Below, one piece after another: positions 39,035 to 49,778 of a stretch of DNA of 64,000 nucleotides. Below the pieces are notes generated by a model that was not told the origin of the DNA, did not search any database, and worked only from the letters and a program-made list of their open reading frames with translations. Origin of the DNA: an uncultured Alphaproteobacteria bacterium. GTDB taxonomy: Bacteria > Pseudomonadota > Alphaproteobacteria > Rs-D84. Position numbers and translations under genes: made by a program. Every line of letters begins with the position of its first letter. The stretch's first letter is position 1. The stretch is taken from the NCBI GenBank assembly GCA_944389345.1, contig CALXMA010000003.1:24294-88293 (forward strand). The letters are read 5' to 3'.

Positions 39035-40135
39035 TTATGCAACCTTCTTCATATCGCGCTTTACATCACGTATGTATTTACGCAATTCATCAATTGGCAC
39101 CTGGGTCCCATCACGCCGTTCCGCAGACCAATAATCCCATCCGTTAAAACTGACACAATGTTGCAAACGCGCGGCCATAACATGAATAGATGCCTTGCCC
39201 ATCAACGGATGCACCAATTGTCCATCACGTGCAATCATGACACGTTCACCACGCGGACTGACCAAAGTCTGACCAACATACAGCAACCCTGCCTCGATTA
39301 ATTCCTTGAACGCGACGCGAATTTCGGCGCGTTTTGGTGTGGCCACCTCAATCCCAGACAAATCAATGGGCTTTACCGCATCAACACGCGCACGTGCGGC
39401 GGCAACATAATCTTCTTCCCGTTCAATACCGATAAAATTGCGCCCCAATTCCTTGGCCACGGCGGCGGTTGTACCACTGCCCAAGAACGGGTCCAAAATA
39501 ACATCCCCCTGGCGGGTTGACGCCAAAATCACCCGACGCAATAAATCCATAGGCTTTTGAGTATTGTGCAAACTTTTACCATCAGAATCTTTGACACGTT
39601 CTTCGCCCAAACAAATATTTATATTCCAATCAGACCGCATCTGTTTGCCACCATTTAACTTTTTCATTGTTTCATAGTTAAACGTGTACTTACCGGTCTT
39701 ACGTGGTGTTGCCCATATTAATGTTTCGTGCGCATTCGTAAAACGTGTCCCGCGGAAATTCGGCATAGGATTAGTTTTAACCCACACAATATCATTCAAA
39801 ATCCAAAATCCCAAGTCCTGTAAAATCGCACCAACGCGGAAAATATTATGATAACTGCCGATGACCCACATTGCCCCATCGGGTTTCAACACGCGCTTGC
39901 ATTCTGCCAACCACGCCCGCGTAAATTCATCATATTCGGCCATACTGCCAAAAGAATCCCACGAATCCCGAACGGCACGCGCCGCGGTTTGATCTTCGGG
40001 CCGATACAGTGTCTTGGCCCCCAATTGCAAATTATACGGTGAATCTGCAAATACGGCATCCACAGATGCATCTGGTATTCCGCGCATCAGTTCCACGCAA
40101 TCACCGGTCAAAATCTGATTCAGGTATTTTTCCAT
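39035..40135 (-). CDS. ccrM: CcrM-like adenine DNA methyltransferase (beta class)
   Basis: FADSPYNLQL, WVIGSYHNIFRVG, NPMPNFRGTRFTNAHETLIW, DPFLGSGTT, C-terminal NGWDYW domain. Confidence 0.88.
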   Translation of the reverse strand: MEKYLNQILTGDCVELMRGIPDASVDAVFADSPYNLQLGAKTLYRPEDQTAARAVRDSWDSFGSMAEYDEFTRAWLAECKRVLKPDGAMWVIGSYHNIFRVGAILQDLGFWILNDIVWVKTNPMPNFRGTRFTNAHETLIWATPRKTGKYTFNYETMKKLNGGKQMRSDWNINICLGEERVKDSDGKSLHNTQKPMDLLRRVILASTRQGDVILDPFLGSGTTAAVAKELGRNFIGIEREEDYVAAARARVDAVKPIDLSGIEVATPKRAEIRVAFKELIEAGLLYVGQTLVSPRGERVMIARDGQLVHPLMGKASIHVMAARLQHCVSFNGWDYWSAERRDGTQVPIDELRKYIRDVKRDMKKVA

Positions 40136-40310
40136 CTCTCTCTGGTCTCAACCAACATTTTACCACAAAACGCCCCTATTAAAAATTGACCGGCACCCCG
40201 CGGGAACAAATAAAGTTCTTGATTTTTATAAAAAACGCATTTTTTTGGATTTTGCGCCCACATTAAATTCTGCTTTACAGTTTGCATTTTGACTGCTACC
40301 GTATATGGAT

Positions 40311-40811
40311 ATGAGATGTCCATATTGTAATTCTACTGACAGTCGCGTGACTGATTCCAGACCCGATACCGAAGACGCCATTATTCGGCGTCGCCGTGTT
40401 TGCAATCAGTGTGGCGCCAAATTTACGACCGTAGAACGTGTACAAATGCGCGATCTGATGGTCCGTAAAAACAGCGGAAAGTTAGAGGCATTTGACCGCG
40501 AAAAACTGCGTCGCAGTATAAAATTGGCGTGTCGTAATCGTGATGTCGGTGATGAACAGATTGAAAAACTGGTAACATCCATCCATCGCCGTCTGGAAAC
40601 AGAAACGGCCGACGACACGGTAACCAGTGCCTTGGTTGGCCAAATGGTATCAGATTCATTATTGAACCTGGACCCGATTGCATTTGTACGCTTTGTATCC
40701 GTATACCGCAAATTTTCGCGGATTTCGGATTTCAAGAAAATCATCGACCAAATACCCGAGGCTGATGATGATGCATCGGTATGCAAATTGCCCAAGACAT
40801 CACTATTCTGA
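40311..40811 (+). CDS. nrdR: Transcriptional repressor NrdR
   Basis: MRCPYC...DSR...IRRRRVC..C zinc ribbon, ATP cone, FVRFVSVYR. Confidence 0.96.
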   Translation: MRCPYCNSTDSRVTDSRPDTEDAIIRRRRVCNQCGAKFTTVERVQMRDLMVRKNSGKLEAFDREKLRRSIKLACRNRDVGDEQIEKLVTSIHRRLETETADDTVTSALVGQMVSDSLLNLDPIAFVRFVSVYRKFSRISDFKKIIDQIPEADDDASVCKLPKTSLF

Positions 40812-40817
40812 TAATCT

Positions 40818-42548
40818 ATGAAAAAACTTTTCACATTTTTAATAGCACTGTTTTTGCCAATGGCCGCCATTGGGGCGGACCTGCCTAACATAGACGTACT
40901 GTCTGATGCCGACGCCAGTTTATATACACAAATATTCCTGTTACAATCCCAAGAAGAAATCAGCGCGGCACAAAAACTGGAAGAACAACTGACCGATCCC
41001 CTGTTAATGAATGAAGTTTTGTATCAGCGCTATATTTCTGATACATACCGCACACGCGGTCGCGAAATAACCGCATGGATGGAAAAATACTATGATATGC
41101 CGGGGGCGGAACGCATGGTAAAACTGGCCAAAATTAAACAGGCCACCGTGCGCAAGGCGTCTGTTCCCCGTTCTATCAGTGGCGGTGCATCAATTGAAAC
41201 GGCCCAATCAGAAACATGGACGGCGAAAAAATACACTGGTGAAACAAATACCAAGATTAACAAGTTCAAACGCGCCATACGCAGTGGCGCAACAAAAACC
41301 GCCCGTTTGATTCTAGAAGACGCGTCTTTACGCAAAAAATTAACAGAATCTGACTATGGTCGTCTGGCCGGACGATTGTCATTTATATATTACACAAACG
41401 GTGAAACAGAACTGGCCAAGAAATGGGGTTTTGTGGCGGCCGATGCAAAATCAGAATACGGCCTGTGGGCGATGGGATTGCTGTATTTCCAAGAAGAAAA
41501 ATTCGACGAAAGTGAAAAATATTTCAGTGCTATATTAGACCTGGAACAGATAAACAACGCCCGCAAGACCGAGGCCGCATTTTGGGCTGGTCGTGCCGCA
41601 TACGAAAACGGCGAACGTTCCCAGGCAAAAAAGTATTGGAAAATCGCAGCCACATATCCAATGGCGTTTTATGGCGCATTGGCGTCCGTAATGCTGGGGC
41701 ACACACCACGATATGAATTCTTTGAACAAGACTGTACCGACGAAGACATAGACACACTGCGCGAAAGCAAATATGGAAAACGCGCGTTGGCACTGTTACA
41801 GGTCGGCCAAAAAGATCGCGCCGAATTATACTTGAAATATATGATAACCGCGCGCGTATCAGATAAAACATTGCACGCAATAAATTCTGTGGCGACGGCG
41901 TACGGCCTGCCCCGTGTGTCTATCCAGGCATCCAGTCTGGTCCAAGACCGTGGCATTTTGGAAATTGATGACAATATTATATATTCCGCACAATATCCCC
42001 TGCCAGATTGGGAACCGATGGGCGGTTGGTCAATCGATCGCGCATTACTGTTGGCCATCACAAAACAAGAAAGTGGTTTCCACGCAAACGCAAAATCTGG
42101 CGCGGGCGCGAACGGTCTGATGCAAATTATGCCCAGTACCGCCAAGCGTGTTGCCCGTGAAAACCAGGTTGATATGTCTGAAATAGATATGTCTAAACCC
42201 GAACACAATATGTTCTTGGGTCAACAATATATCGTGGATTTACTGGCGCACCCGAACATCAACAATAATATTATAAAAATGTTGGCGGCATATAATGCGG
42301 GCATGGGCACCATGGTTGAATTTGAAAAAAACTTTGAAACATACGACCCATTACTGTACATAGAAAGTTTCCCAACATACGAAACCCGCAGTTATATAAA
42401 GCGCGTTATGTCTAACCTGTGGTTGTATCGCGCCCGTTTGAACCAACCGTTAACCACTATGAAAGATTTGGCAGACGGTGAATGGCCATTGTATAACAGC
42501 GAAGACGAATACGTGCAAAAGCAAATCGCCGACCGCATGTCAATTTAA
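40818..42548 (+). CDS. Soluble lytic transglycosylase (SLT domain with TPR-like region)
   Basis: Signal peptide; QESGF, GLMQIMPSTA, AAYNAG and ETRSYIKRV motifs. Confidence 0.92.
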   Translation: MKKLFTFLIALFLPMAAIGADLPNIDVLSDADASLYTQIFLLQSQEEISAAQKLEEQLTDPLLMNEVLYQRYISDTYRTRGREITAWMEKYYDMPGAERMVKLAKIKQATVRKASVPRSISGGASIETAQSETWTAKKYTGETNTKINKFKRAIRSGATKTARLILEDASLRKKLTESDYGRLAGRLSFIYYTNGETELAKKWGFVAADAKSEYGLWAMGLLYFQEEKFDESEKYFSAILDLEQINNARKTEAAFWAGRAAYENGERSQAKKYWKIAATYPMAFYGALASVMLGHTPRYEFFEQDCTDEDIDTLRESKYGKRALALLQVGQKDRAELYLKYMITARVSDKTLHAINSVATAYGLPRVSIQASSLVQDRGILEIDDNIIYSAQYPLPDWEPMGGWSIDRALLLAITKQESGFHANAKSGAGANGLMQIMPSTAKRVARENQVDMSEIDMSKPEHNMFLGQQYIVDLLAHPNINNNIIKMLAAYNAGMGTMVEFEKNFETYDPLLYIESFPTYETRSYIKRVMSNLWLYRARLNQPLTTMKDLADGEWPLYNSEDEYVQKQIADRMSI

Positions 42549-42597
42549 TAAAAATTGTATTTTATTCCGCCGATAATCGTGATACTGTGTGGTGGAT

Positions 42598-43224
42598 ATG
42601 AAAACAACCCCGACATTTGATATAGAAAACGAAACCGGATTTGAATTGGTTGCCGGCGTGGACGAAGCCGGCCGTGGTCCCCTGTGCGGTCCGGTTGTCG
42701 CGGCGGCGGTTATATTTCCAAAACGCAACATTGAAATCCCGGTTGTAATTCGTGATTCAAAACAAATGACCGCACACATGCGCGCCACCGCATACGAATG
42801 GATAACACATAATACAATATGGGCAACAGCACAATGCAGTGCATCTGAGATAGACGAAATGAATATTTTACGTGCATCACTGACCGCCATGACACGTGCG
42901 GTTCAAAATTTGGGTTGTGCGCCCCAGTTTTGCTTAATAGACGGGAACAAATTGCCCCCTGAATTAAATGCCACACCAATTATTCATGGCGACGCAAAAT
43001 CATTATCCATCGCCGCCGCGTCCATTATCGCCAAAGAAACACGCGACAAAATCATGCATGAATTGGCGCAAATATACCCTATGTATGGCTGGGACAAAAA
43101 TTCGGGATATCCGACCGCGGAACATTTGCACGCCATTGATAAATATGGTATAAACGAACATTATCGAAAAACATATAAACCCGTAAAGGAAAGGATAAAC
43201 AAAAATGAAACTACGCACGATTGA
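42598..43224 (+). CDS. rnhB: Ribonuclease HII
   Basis: GVDEAGRGP, DSK, IDGN and SIAAASIIAK motifs. Confidence 0.96.
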   Translation: MKTTPTFDIENETGFELVAGVDEAGRGPLCGPVVAAAVIFPKRNIEIPVVIRDSKQMTAHMRATAYEWITHNTIWATAQCSASEIDEMNILRASLTAMTRAVQNLGCAPQFCLIDGNKLPPELNATPIIHGDAKSLSIAAASIIAKETRDKIMHELAQIYPMYGWDKNSGYPTAEHLHAIDKYGINEHYRKTYKPVKERINKNETTHD

Positions 43225-44374
43225 AAATCTGGACGTTCGCGGAAAATATATTTTATTACGCGACGACTTTAACGTTCAAATTGTGGACGGAAAAATTACC
43301 GACGCATTCAGAATTGAACAAAGTATGCCAACGATTAACGCACTGCGCGCCGGCGGTGCCCGTATTGCGATTTGCGCACACCTGGGCCGACCAAAGGGTA
43401 CCCGCAACATGGAATTTACTTTGGCGCCCATCGCCGAATACATGGGCGTGAAATTAATCCCAGATTGCCTGGACAAAGATTTCTTGGCTCAAATGAAAGA
43501 CGGCGACGTTGTACTGCTGGAAAATGTGCGCTTTTACCCGGGCGAAGAAAAAAATGACCCAGAATTTTCCGCCCAGTTGGCAAACGGATTCGACATTTTT
43601 GTAAACGACGCATTTGCCGTATCGCACCGTGCCCACGCCAGTACTGTTGGTGTTGCGGAAATATTGCCATCATACGCGGGGAAATTGTTGGCGTCTGAAA
43701 TCGAACACCTAACCGCGGTAATGGAAAATCCACGACGTCCATTGCTGTCCATTGTCGCAGGCAGTAAAGTTTCCACCAAAATCGGTGTATTAAAGGCCCT
43801 GGCAAAATTATCAGACAAATTGATAATCGGTGGTGCACTGGGGACAACATTTAATTACGCACTGGGCGGGCGCGTTGGCAATTCACTGTACGAAGCCGAC
43901 CAAAAAGACACCGCCTTGGAAATTCTGGAATACGCCAAAGAAAATAATTGCGATGTTTTGTTGCCACTGGACAAAGGTGTTGCCAAAGAATTCACACCAA
44001 CCGCCACACGCACAAATAAAAACTTTGATGAAATCCAAGACGACGACATAATAATTGACGCGGGCACAGAAACAACAGAACGCGATGTCGCGGCAATTAA
44101 ATCGGCGGCCACGGTCATCTGGAACGGCACGGTCGGCATGGCAGAATGGCAACCCACATGGTCATACGGCTCATTTGCAATCGCACACGCCATCGCGGAA
44201 CAAACACGCGCCGGCAAACTGGAAAGTATTGTTGGCGGTGGTGATACGGTCGCCGCACTGGAAGCATGTGGTGTCAAAGACGACATAACATACGTATCCA
44301 CCGGCGGTGGTGCATTCCTGGAATTTATCGAAGGTCGCACCCTGCCCGGAATTGCGATACTGGAATCCAAATAA
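43205..44374 (+). CDS. pgk: Phosphoglycerate kinase
   Basis: DFNV, HLGRP, LENVRF, NDAF..HRAHAS, GGGDT and STGGGA motifs. Confidence 0.97.
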   Translation: MKLRTIENLDVRGKYILLRDDFNVQIVDGKITDAFRIEQSMPTINALRAGGARIAICAHLGRPKGTRNMEFTLAPIAEYMGVKLIPDCLDKDFLAQMKDGDVVLLENVRFYPGEEKNDPEFSAQLANGFDIFVNDAFAVSHRAHASTVGVAEILPSYAGKLLASEIEHLTAVMENPRRPLLSIVAGSKVSTKIGVLKALAKLSDKLIIGGALGTTFNYALGGRVGNSLYEADQKDTALEILEYAKENNCDVLLPLDKGVAKEFTPTATRTNKNFDEIQDDDIIIDAGTETTERDVAAIKSAATVIWNGTVGMAEWQPTWSYGSFAIAHAIAEQTRAGKLESIVGGGDTVAALEACGVKDDITYVSTGGGAFLEFIEGRTLPGIAILESK

Positions 44375-44560
44375 ACGATTTGTTATGAATATAAAACGCC
44401 CCCACAAACGGGGGTGTTTTTATATCGTACATCCAACAAAAGAACATCAAAAAACAAATAACGCAACAAGGGACAAAAACATAAACACAACAAACCCGGG
44501 GCACAATATCACAACAAAAAATCCCCGCAATTGCGGGGATTTCAAACTATTACGCGAATA

Positions 44561-45394
44561 TTATTCTGCGTCCAATGCCGATTCGATTTGGTCGGCTGGG
44601 ATTGCACCCGGGAACGCCTGTTCACCGATGATCAAGAACGGTGTACCGGTGATTTCGAAACGCTGTGCCAAATCACGAACATTTCTCAATTCACGTGCAA
44701 CGACTTCGCCTTCCATATCTTCTTTCAGTTTTTTGGTATCCAAACCAACTTCTTCGGCGAACTTCATAACACTCGCTTCGACTTTTTCAGCAATCTTGGA
44801 TTGATCTGACAAATCTTCCTGGCTGTAATAATCACGTGTCATCAACATATCTGTCAATTTAGCCGCTTTTTCAGGATCCTGGATATTTGCCGCGATAACA
44901 GCCTTGGCCGGTGCATCAGACAAATCGCCATGGATAGAGAAGTTTTTGATAACAACGCGAACATCGTCACGGTCTGCCAATACGCGGTCTATTTCACCGT
45001 GTACACGACGGCAGAACGGGCAAGAGAAGTCTGTCCAAACATAAATCGTTTTCTTTGCGTCTTTGCGATTACCCATAATTGGCGCATCACGCATCATTCT
45101 GTCGCCTTCCGAGCGAACAAACTTACGAATCTGTTTGTTTTTTTCGGCGTTCTGCTGTTCCTGCATACCGGTAATCATTTCCTGAACGATAATCGGGTTA
45201 ACCGCGGTCAGATAGTACGGCATATACAGACGGCAAACACTGCCCGCAATCAAGATGATTGCAATCAAAGTAATGGATTTTTTTACAACGATCTTCCCAG
45301 CGGATGGTTTCTTTTCATCGCCCTTTGGCAACAGCATGCCACCAAACAAGAACAACAAGATACCAATCACCAGAACCAAGATTGTCCAAGTCAT
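44561..45394 (-). CDS. Membrane-anchored DsbA/Com1-like thioredoxin-fold protein
   Basis: Two N-terminal hydrophobic helices; DFSCPFC active site; GTP cis-Pro loop. Confidence 0.88.
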   Translation of the reverse strand: MTWTILVLVIGILLFLFGGMLLPKGDEKKPSAGKIVVKKSITLIAIILIAGSVCRLYMPYYLTAVNPIIVQEMITGMQEQQNAEKNKQIRKFVRSEGDRMMRDAPIMGNRKDAKKTIYVWTDFSCPFCRRVHGEIDRVLADRDDVRVVIKNFSIHGDLSDAPAKAVIAANIQDPEKAAKLTDMLMTRDYYSQEDLSDQSKIAEKVEASVMKFAEEVGLDTKKLKEDMEGEVVARELRNVRDLAQRFEITGTPFLIIGEQAFPGAIPADQIESALDAE

Positions 45395-45474
45395 AGTTTT
45401 TCTCCTTTATTTGTTGAACTGTGTACAGATTAATCAAATTTTTTTTTGTATGCAAGAACTAATTAAACATAAAT

Positions 45475-46116
45475 TCATAAAACACGACGCGCATTTGGCA
45501 ATTCAATGCCCTGGGCGAAACAAGCCCGTTCCAAGAACCGACGCGTTATATTCAAATCAACCGGCAATCGATATAATTTATCCCTGTACGGTGTTGCACA
45601 ATCGACACACACCGCGCGCCCCGTACGTGGCGACAGGTATTCCAAACCCACACGCGCCCCACATCCCGAACACGCAGACAAATTCAACGCATACCCCAAT
45701 TCACGCAACAATCCTATTTCCCATTTCAGATATGCATCAACCGGCGCGACCGGTAAATTTTTTAATAAATCCAACGTCTGCACATACAACGCACCATATT
45801 TTTCCCGTTCCGGCACCAGCGCAGAAATCAACGCGAATGCACTGTTCATAAATTGTAACGGTTGGGCCAAGAACATAATTTCTGTGGCCAGATTTTTTTC
45901 CGCATCCCAATGAAACGCGCCCAATTGGGAATCCAATCGCGCAACCCAAGACACGGCCCCGACCTGTCCAACCAGCGGTTTATTTTTGCGTGCAATCTGT
46001 GCCCCCCGCATCATTCCGCACATTATACCGAAATCACTGGTAAACACCCGTGCAACACAATCACGTTCCCCAAACGGTCGCAAAGATATTAAAATTCCAT
46101 CTGATTCCAATTTCAT
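45475..46116 (-). CDS. recO: DNA repair protein RecO
   Basis: GILISLRPFGE, ARLDSQLG, ELGYALNLSAC and YLSPRTGRAV motifs. Confidence 0.9.
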   Translation of the reverse strand: MKLESDGILISLRPFGERDCVARVFTSDFGIMCGMMRGAQIARKNKPLVGQVGAVSWVARLDSQLGAFHWDAEKNLATEIMFLAQPLQFMNSAFALISALVPEREKYGALYVQTLDLLKNLPVAPVDAYLKWEIGLLRELGYALNLSACSGCGARVGLEYLSPRTGRAVCVDCATPYRDKLYRLPVDLNITRRFLERACFAQGIELPNARRVL

Positions 46117-46205
46117 TTCGCACGCATTATATACATATACATATAAAAAGTTCACAAAAAAAAGAAACCCCGCAAACGCGGGATTTCGTAAAATACTGGT
46201 AAAGG

Positions 46206-46817
46206 TTATTCTGCCTTTGCTTCTTCCACAACTGTGGTTTCGGCTTCGGACTTAACCTCTTCTGCCTTTTCTTCGGCCTGTGGTTTTTCTTCTGCCTTTT
46301 CTTCGGCTTCGTCAACCTTTTTAGAACCGAATGTCAAAACCTTGCCTGCGACCAATGCGTCAATTTCATCCTGACTCTGGGCGACATAGATTTTAACCGG
46401 CACAATAACATCCGGATGCAATGCGATTTTTGTATCAAACACACCCACAGATTTAATTGGTGCACCCAACATAACCTGTGCCGATTCGACACTGACGCCC
46501 GCCAATTCTTTCAACGCACGTGCAATATCACGCGTGGACACAGAACCATACAATTGACCTGTATCACCCGCCTGGCGAATCATATACAGTTTCGCATTCT
46601 TAACGGCATCAACAAAAGATTCTGCCGTCTTTTTAGCCTGTTCTTGGCGCGCCTGTAATTCGGCCTTTTTGGCTTCGAACAACGCGATGTTTTCGCGCGA
46701 CCAACGCATCGCCTTGCCCATCGGCAACAGGTAATTACGCGCGAACCCTGTCTTTACTTCTACGGTATCGCCGATATTGCCCAGTTTAGTAATTTTTTCT
46801 GTCAAAATAACTTTCAT
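46206..46817 (-). CDS. rplI: 50S ribosomal protein L9
   Basis: MKVIL...VKTGFARNYLLP, GQLYGSV, acidic tail. Confidence 0.97.
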   Translation of the reverse strand: MKVILTEKITKLGNIGDTVEVKTGFARNYLLPMGKAMRWSRENIALFEAKKAELQARQEQAKKTAESFVDAVKNAKLYMIRQAGDTGQLYGSVSTRDIARALKELAGVSVESAQVMLGAPIKSVGVFDTKIALHPDVIVPVKIYVAQSQDEIDALVAGKVLTFGSKKVDEAEEKAEEKPQAEEKAEEVKSEAETTVVEEAKAE

Positions 46818-46984
46818 TTTATCTGTCCTTTGTTCAAGTTAGGGATAAAACCCAAATTAAAATTTATACACAACACCCACGCATATGGATTGGTGAATTA
46901 TGTGCGTGGGTGGGCAGTGTTCACCCCGGTCCCGACGTGTATCAGACACACACAAGGAACTGTGAACACGCCCCACACACATAA

Positions 46985-47212
46985 TTAACCAAGATTATTG
47001 CGAACGAACGGCATCAGTCCCAAATGACGTGCACGTTTAATGGCAGTTGCCAATTCGCGTTGATCTTTTTGGGAAACGCCACTGATACGCGACGGCACGA
47101 TTTTACCGCGTTCGGTTATATAGTGGGACAATGTTTTAATATCTTTATAATCAATAACCTTGCCCTTTAACGGGTTAGATTTTTTACGATAAATTGCTGC
47201 ACGGACTGCCAT
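46985..47212 (-). CDS. rpsR: 30S ribosomal protein S18
   Basis: IDYKD...[12 protein letters not shown]...QR.LA.AIKRAR. Confidence 0.96.
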   Translation of the reverse strand: MAVRAAIYRKKSNPLKGKVIDYKDIKTLSHYITERGKIVPSRISGVSQKDQRELATAIKRARHLGLMPFVRNNLG

Positions 47213-47550
47213 TATTCAACCTCTTCATTATTTTTTTTCATCATGATTGACGGTTGCATCGCCAATTGTTCGACACGCACATTCAAGAAACGAATAACGT
47301 CTTCGTCAATACGTGCACGACGTTCCAATTCCGCAATTTTATCGCCCGGCAATTCAATGTTCAACATGACATAGTGTGCCTTGCGATTTTTACGAATGAC
47401 ATAGGCCAAATTTTTCAATCCCCAGAATTCTGTGGATTTAACATCACCGCCCAGTTCTTTGATAATATCAGTATATTTACCCGCTTTTTCTTTGACCTGC
47501 GGTTCGGTCAGGTCCTGGCGAAATACCAGTACACTTTCATAGTAAGCCAT
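47212..47550 (-). CDS. rpsF: 30S ribosomal protein S6
   Basis: MAYYESV...[14 protein letters not shown]; upstream of rpsR and rplI. Confidence 0.95.
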   Translation of the reverse strand: MAYYESVLVFRQDLTEPQVKEKAGKYTDIIKELGGDVKSTEFWGLKNLAYVIRKNRKAHYVMLNIELPGDKIAELERRARIDEDVIRFLNVRVEQLAMQPSIMMKKNNEEVE

Positions 47551-47740
47551 TTTATTTCCTTTGGTCTTAACAGCCGACGACACCATATCGCCAGCAGGAA
47601 CAACCCCAATTATGCCCAAAAGCGCAATAAAATCAAGTAAAATCTTTCATTTTGTTTTAATGCAAAAATATCATAATCCCTATTGACTTAAATCCATAAA
47701 ATTTACTAATATCATTATAAAAGAAACAGAAGAGAGATAC

Positions 47741-48520
47741 ATGACCAATCAATTTCATCGCGCACTGAACAGAATGGCATTTTTCACAGCACTGTTGCTA
47801 GCGGGACTGATACTGTTTTACGAACCGTTTTTGCGCGTTGCATCGGCGAATATATTGCTGAACGGAATAATCATTGGCACAACGATATTCGGCATTGGCC
47901 TGTGCTTTGTCGAAATGTTCAAATTATTACCAGAATACAAATGGGCGCGTGCATATTTTTCTGGTCGGAAAAATGCACCATTGCCACCGCGCCTGTTGCG
48001 TCCGGTTGCACTGATATTGCGTGCCCGCCCGGTCCGTATATCTGCGACAACGCTGAACGGCATGCTGGACATGATTTTGTTGCGCTTCGAAGATTCACGT
48101 GAATCCGTGCGCTATATAACAAACACATTGATATTTTTGGGATTGCTGGGGACATTTTGGGGATTAATTCTGACCGTGGGCGGATTTGCGGAATTAATCG
48201 GCAACTTGGACTTTGCGGATGACGCGGTATTGGAAACAATGCGCAACGGGTTAACTGGCCCATTATCTGGGATGGCAACGGCATTCACATCATCATTGAT
48301 GGGTCTGGCGGGCAGTTTGATGGTCGGTTTCCTGGGGTTACAGGTACAATTGGCCCAGAACGGCATATTCCGCGAACTGGAAGATTATTTGTCCGCCCAT
48401 ACCAGTGTTGCCACAACAGACACTGTTGCAACGGTATTACCCCAGATAAGCAATGCCACAAATGAATTAAACAAAAGTGTCCAAGAATTAAAACAAACGT
48501 TTTCTGAATTGGCCCAATAA
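47741..48520 (+). CDS. MotA/TolQ/ExbB proton-channel family protein
   Basis: LGLLGTFWGL and GMATAFTSSLMGL transmembrane motifs. Confidence 0.85.
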   Translation: MTNQFHRALNRMAFFTALLLAGLILFYEPFLRVASANILLNGIIIGTTIFGIGLCFVEMFKLLPEYKWARAYFSGRKNAPLPPRLLRPVALILRARPVRISATTLNGMLDMILLRFEDSRESVRYITNTLIFLGLLGTFWGLILTVGGFAELIGNLDFADDAVLETMRNGLTGPLSGMATAFTSSLMGLAGSLMVGFLGLQVQLAQNGIFRELEDYLSAHTSVATTDTVATVLPQISNATNELNKSVQELKQTFSELAQ

Positions 48521-48557
48521 AACAAAACTGTCGCACGATTAAAGAGAGAGAAAAACA

Positions 48558-49670
48558 ATGCTGAACATAAGATTTCGTGAAAAGACAAACACATGGCCGG
48601 CGTTCGTGGATTTATTTTCGAACCTGGTGATTATACTTATCTTTTTACTGATTGTGTTTGTATTTCTGTGGACCACGACCAGTGTGTTTAACAAAAACAC
48701 GGGGGCAAAAACCGTGGCTGATTTGAAACAGGCGAACCAAGAACAGGCCGAAAAAATCCTGCAAATGACCGCCGACGAAGAAGAAGCGAAACGCCTGCTG
48801 ATACTGGCGCGCACAGAATTGGAAAATTTACAAGCAAACAATACAGAATTGGCCAATGAATTGAAAAACGTTGATATCAGTATGGACGAACTGATTTCTG
48901 ATTACGAGGCCAAGGTTGCCGAACTGCAATCCCAGGGCACAGATTTACAGGCCCAGGTTGCTGAATTAACCCAACAATTAAACCAGGCAACGTTGGACAA
49001 AGAACGCACCGCCGAACTGGAACAAGAACGTCGTGCATTACAGGCGCAAATGGAACAACAACGCGCCGATTTGGCCAGCCAATTAAATAAATTACAAACG
49101 GCATTGGACGCGGCCGAAGAAGCATCGCACCAAAAAGACATTCAATATGTTGAAATGTCAACCCGCCTGAACAAGGCATTGGCCGATAAAGTCGCGGAAT
49201 TAAACAATGTTGCCCAATACCAGTCTGAATTTTACAAGGCGATAAAAGACGCCCTGGGGGATGACAATTTTATCCAGGCCCAAGGCGACCGTTTCGTAAT
49301 ATCCAGCGATATTTTATTCAGCAGTGGTTCATACACCCTGTCGCCGGAGGGTAAAAATCAACTGCGTCTGATTGCGAATGTAATCAAAGATTTAGAAAAC
49401 AAAATCCCGTCTGACATAGATTGGATTATTCGTGTTGATGGCCACACCGACCGGAAACAGGTGGTACCCGGCACACGCGGATATTCGAACAACATGGAAT
49501 TATCACTGTTGCGTGCGAATGCGGTCGCATCAGAATTGGCCCGCGATGGTGTATCGCGCCGTCGTCTGGTCCCCAGTGGTTTCGGCGATTTGCACCCCGT
49601 GGCATTGGGCACGGACCGCGACAGCCTGCAACAAAATCGTCGCATAGAATTACAGTTAACGAATCGGTAA
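48558..49670 (+). CDS. MotB/OmpA-family peptidoglycan-binding protein with long coiled coil
   Basis: WPAFVD before a single TM helix; DILF..GS, VDGHTD, LS..RA..V and NRRIEL motifs. Confidence 0.88.
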   Translation: MLNIRFREKTNTWPAFVDLFSNLVIILIFLLIVFVFLWTTTSVFNKNTGAKTVADLKQANQEQAEKILQMTADEEEAKRLLILARTELENLQANNTELANELKNVDISMDELISDYEAKVAELQSQGTDLQAQVAELTQQLNQATLDKERTAELEQERRALQAQMEQQRADLASQLNKLQTALDAAEEASHQKDIQYVEMSTRLNKALADKVAELNNVAQYQSEFYKAIKDALGDDNFIQAQGDRFVISSDILFSSGSYTLSPEGKNQLRLIANVIKDLENKIPSDIDWIIRVDGHTDRKQVVPGTRGYSNNMELSLLRANAVASELARDGVSRRRLVPSGFGDLHPVALGTDRDSLQQNRRIELQLTNR

Positions 49671-49687
49671 AACTGATCGTTAATGTC

Positions 49688-49717
49688 CGAACCGCCAAAT
49701 TGGCGGTTCGTTTTTTT
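49688..49717 (+). terminator. Intrinsic terminator
   Basis: cgaaccgcc / ggcggttcg followed by seven T. Confidence 0.8.
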
Positions 49718-49743
49718 CCGCGCATACAACAAACTAAATTATC

Positions 49744-49772
49744 TTGTATTTACCAGGCCACTAAACTATAAT
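49744..49772 (+). promoter_or_regulatory. Putative sigma70 promoter of cassette B
   Basis: TTGTAT-17 nt-TATAAT. Confidence 0.7.
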
Positions 49773-49778
49773 CTACAC

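Noticed and set aside
47741-49670. Zorya anti-phage system (ZorA/ZorB)
   Set aside because: The A subunit lacks the long ZorA tail, no zorC/D/E neighbours are present, and a terminator follows the pair
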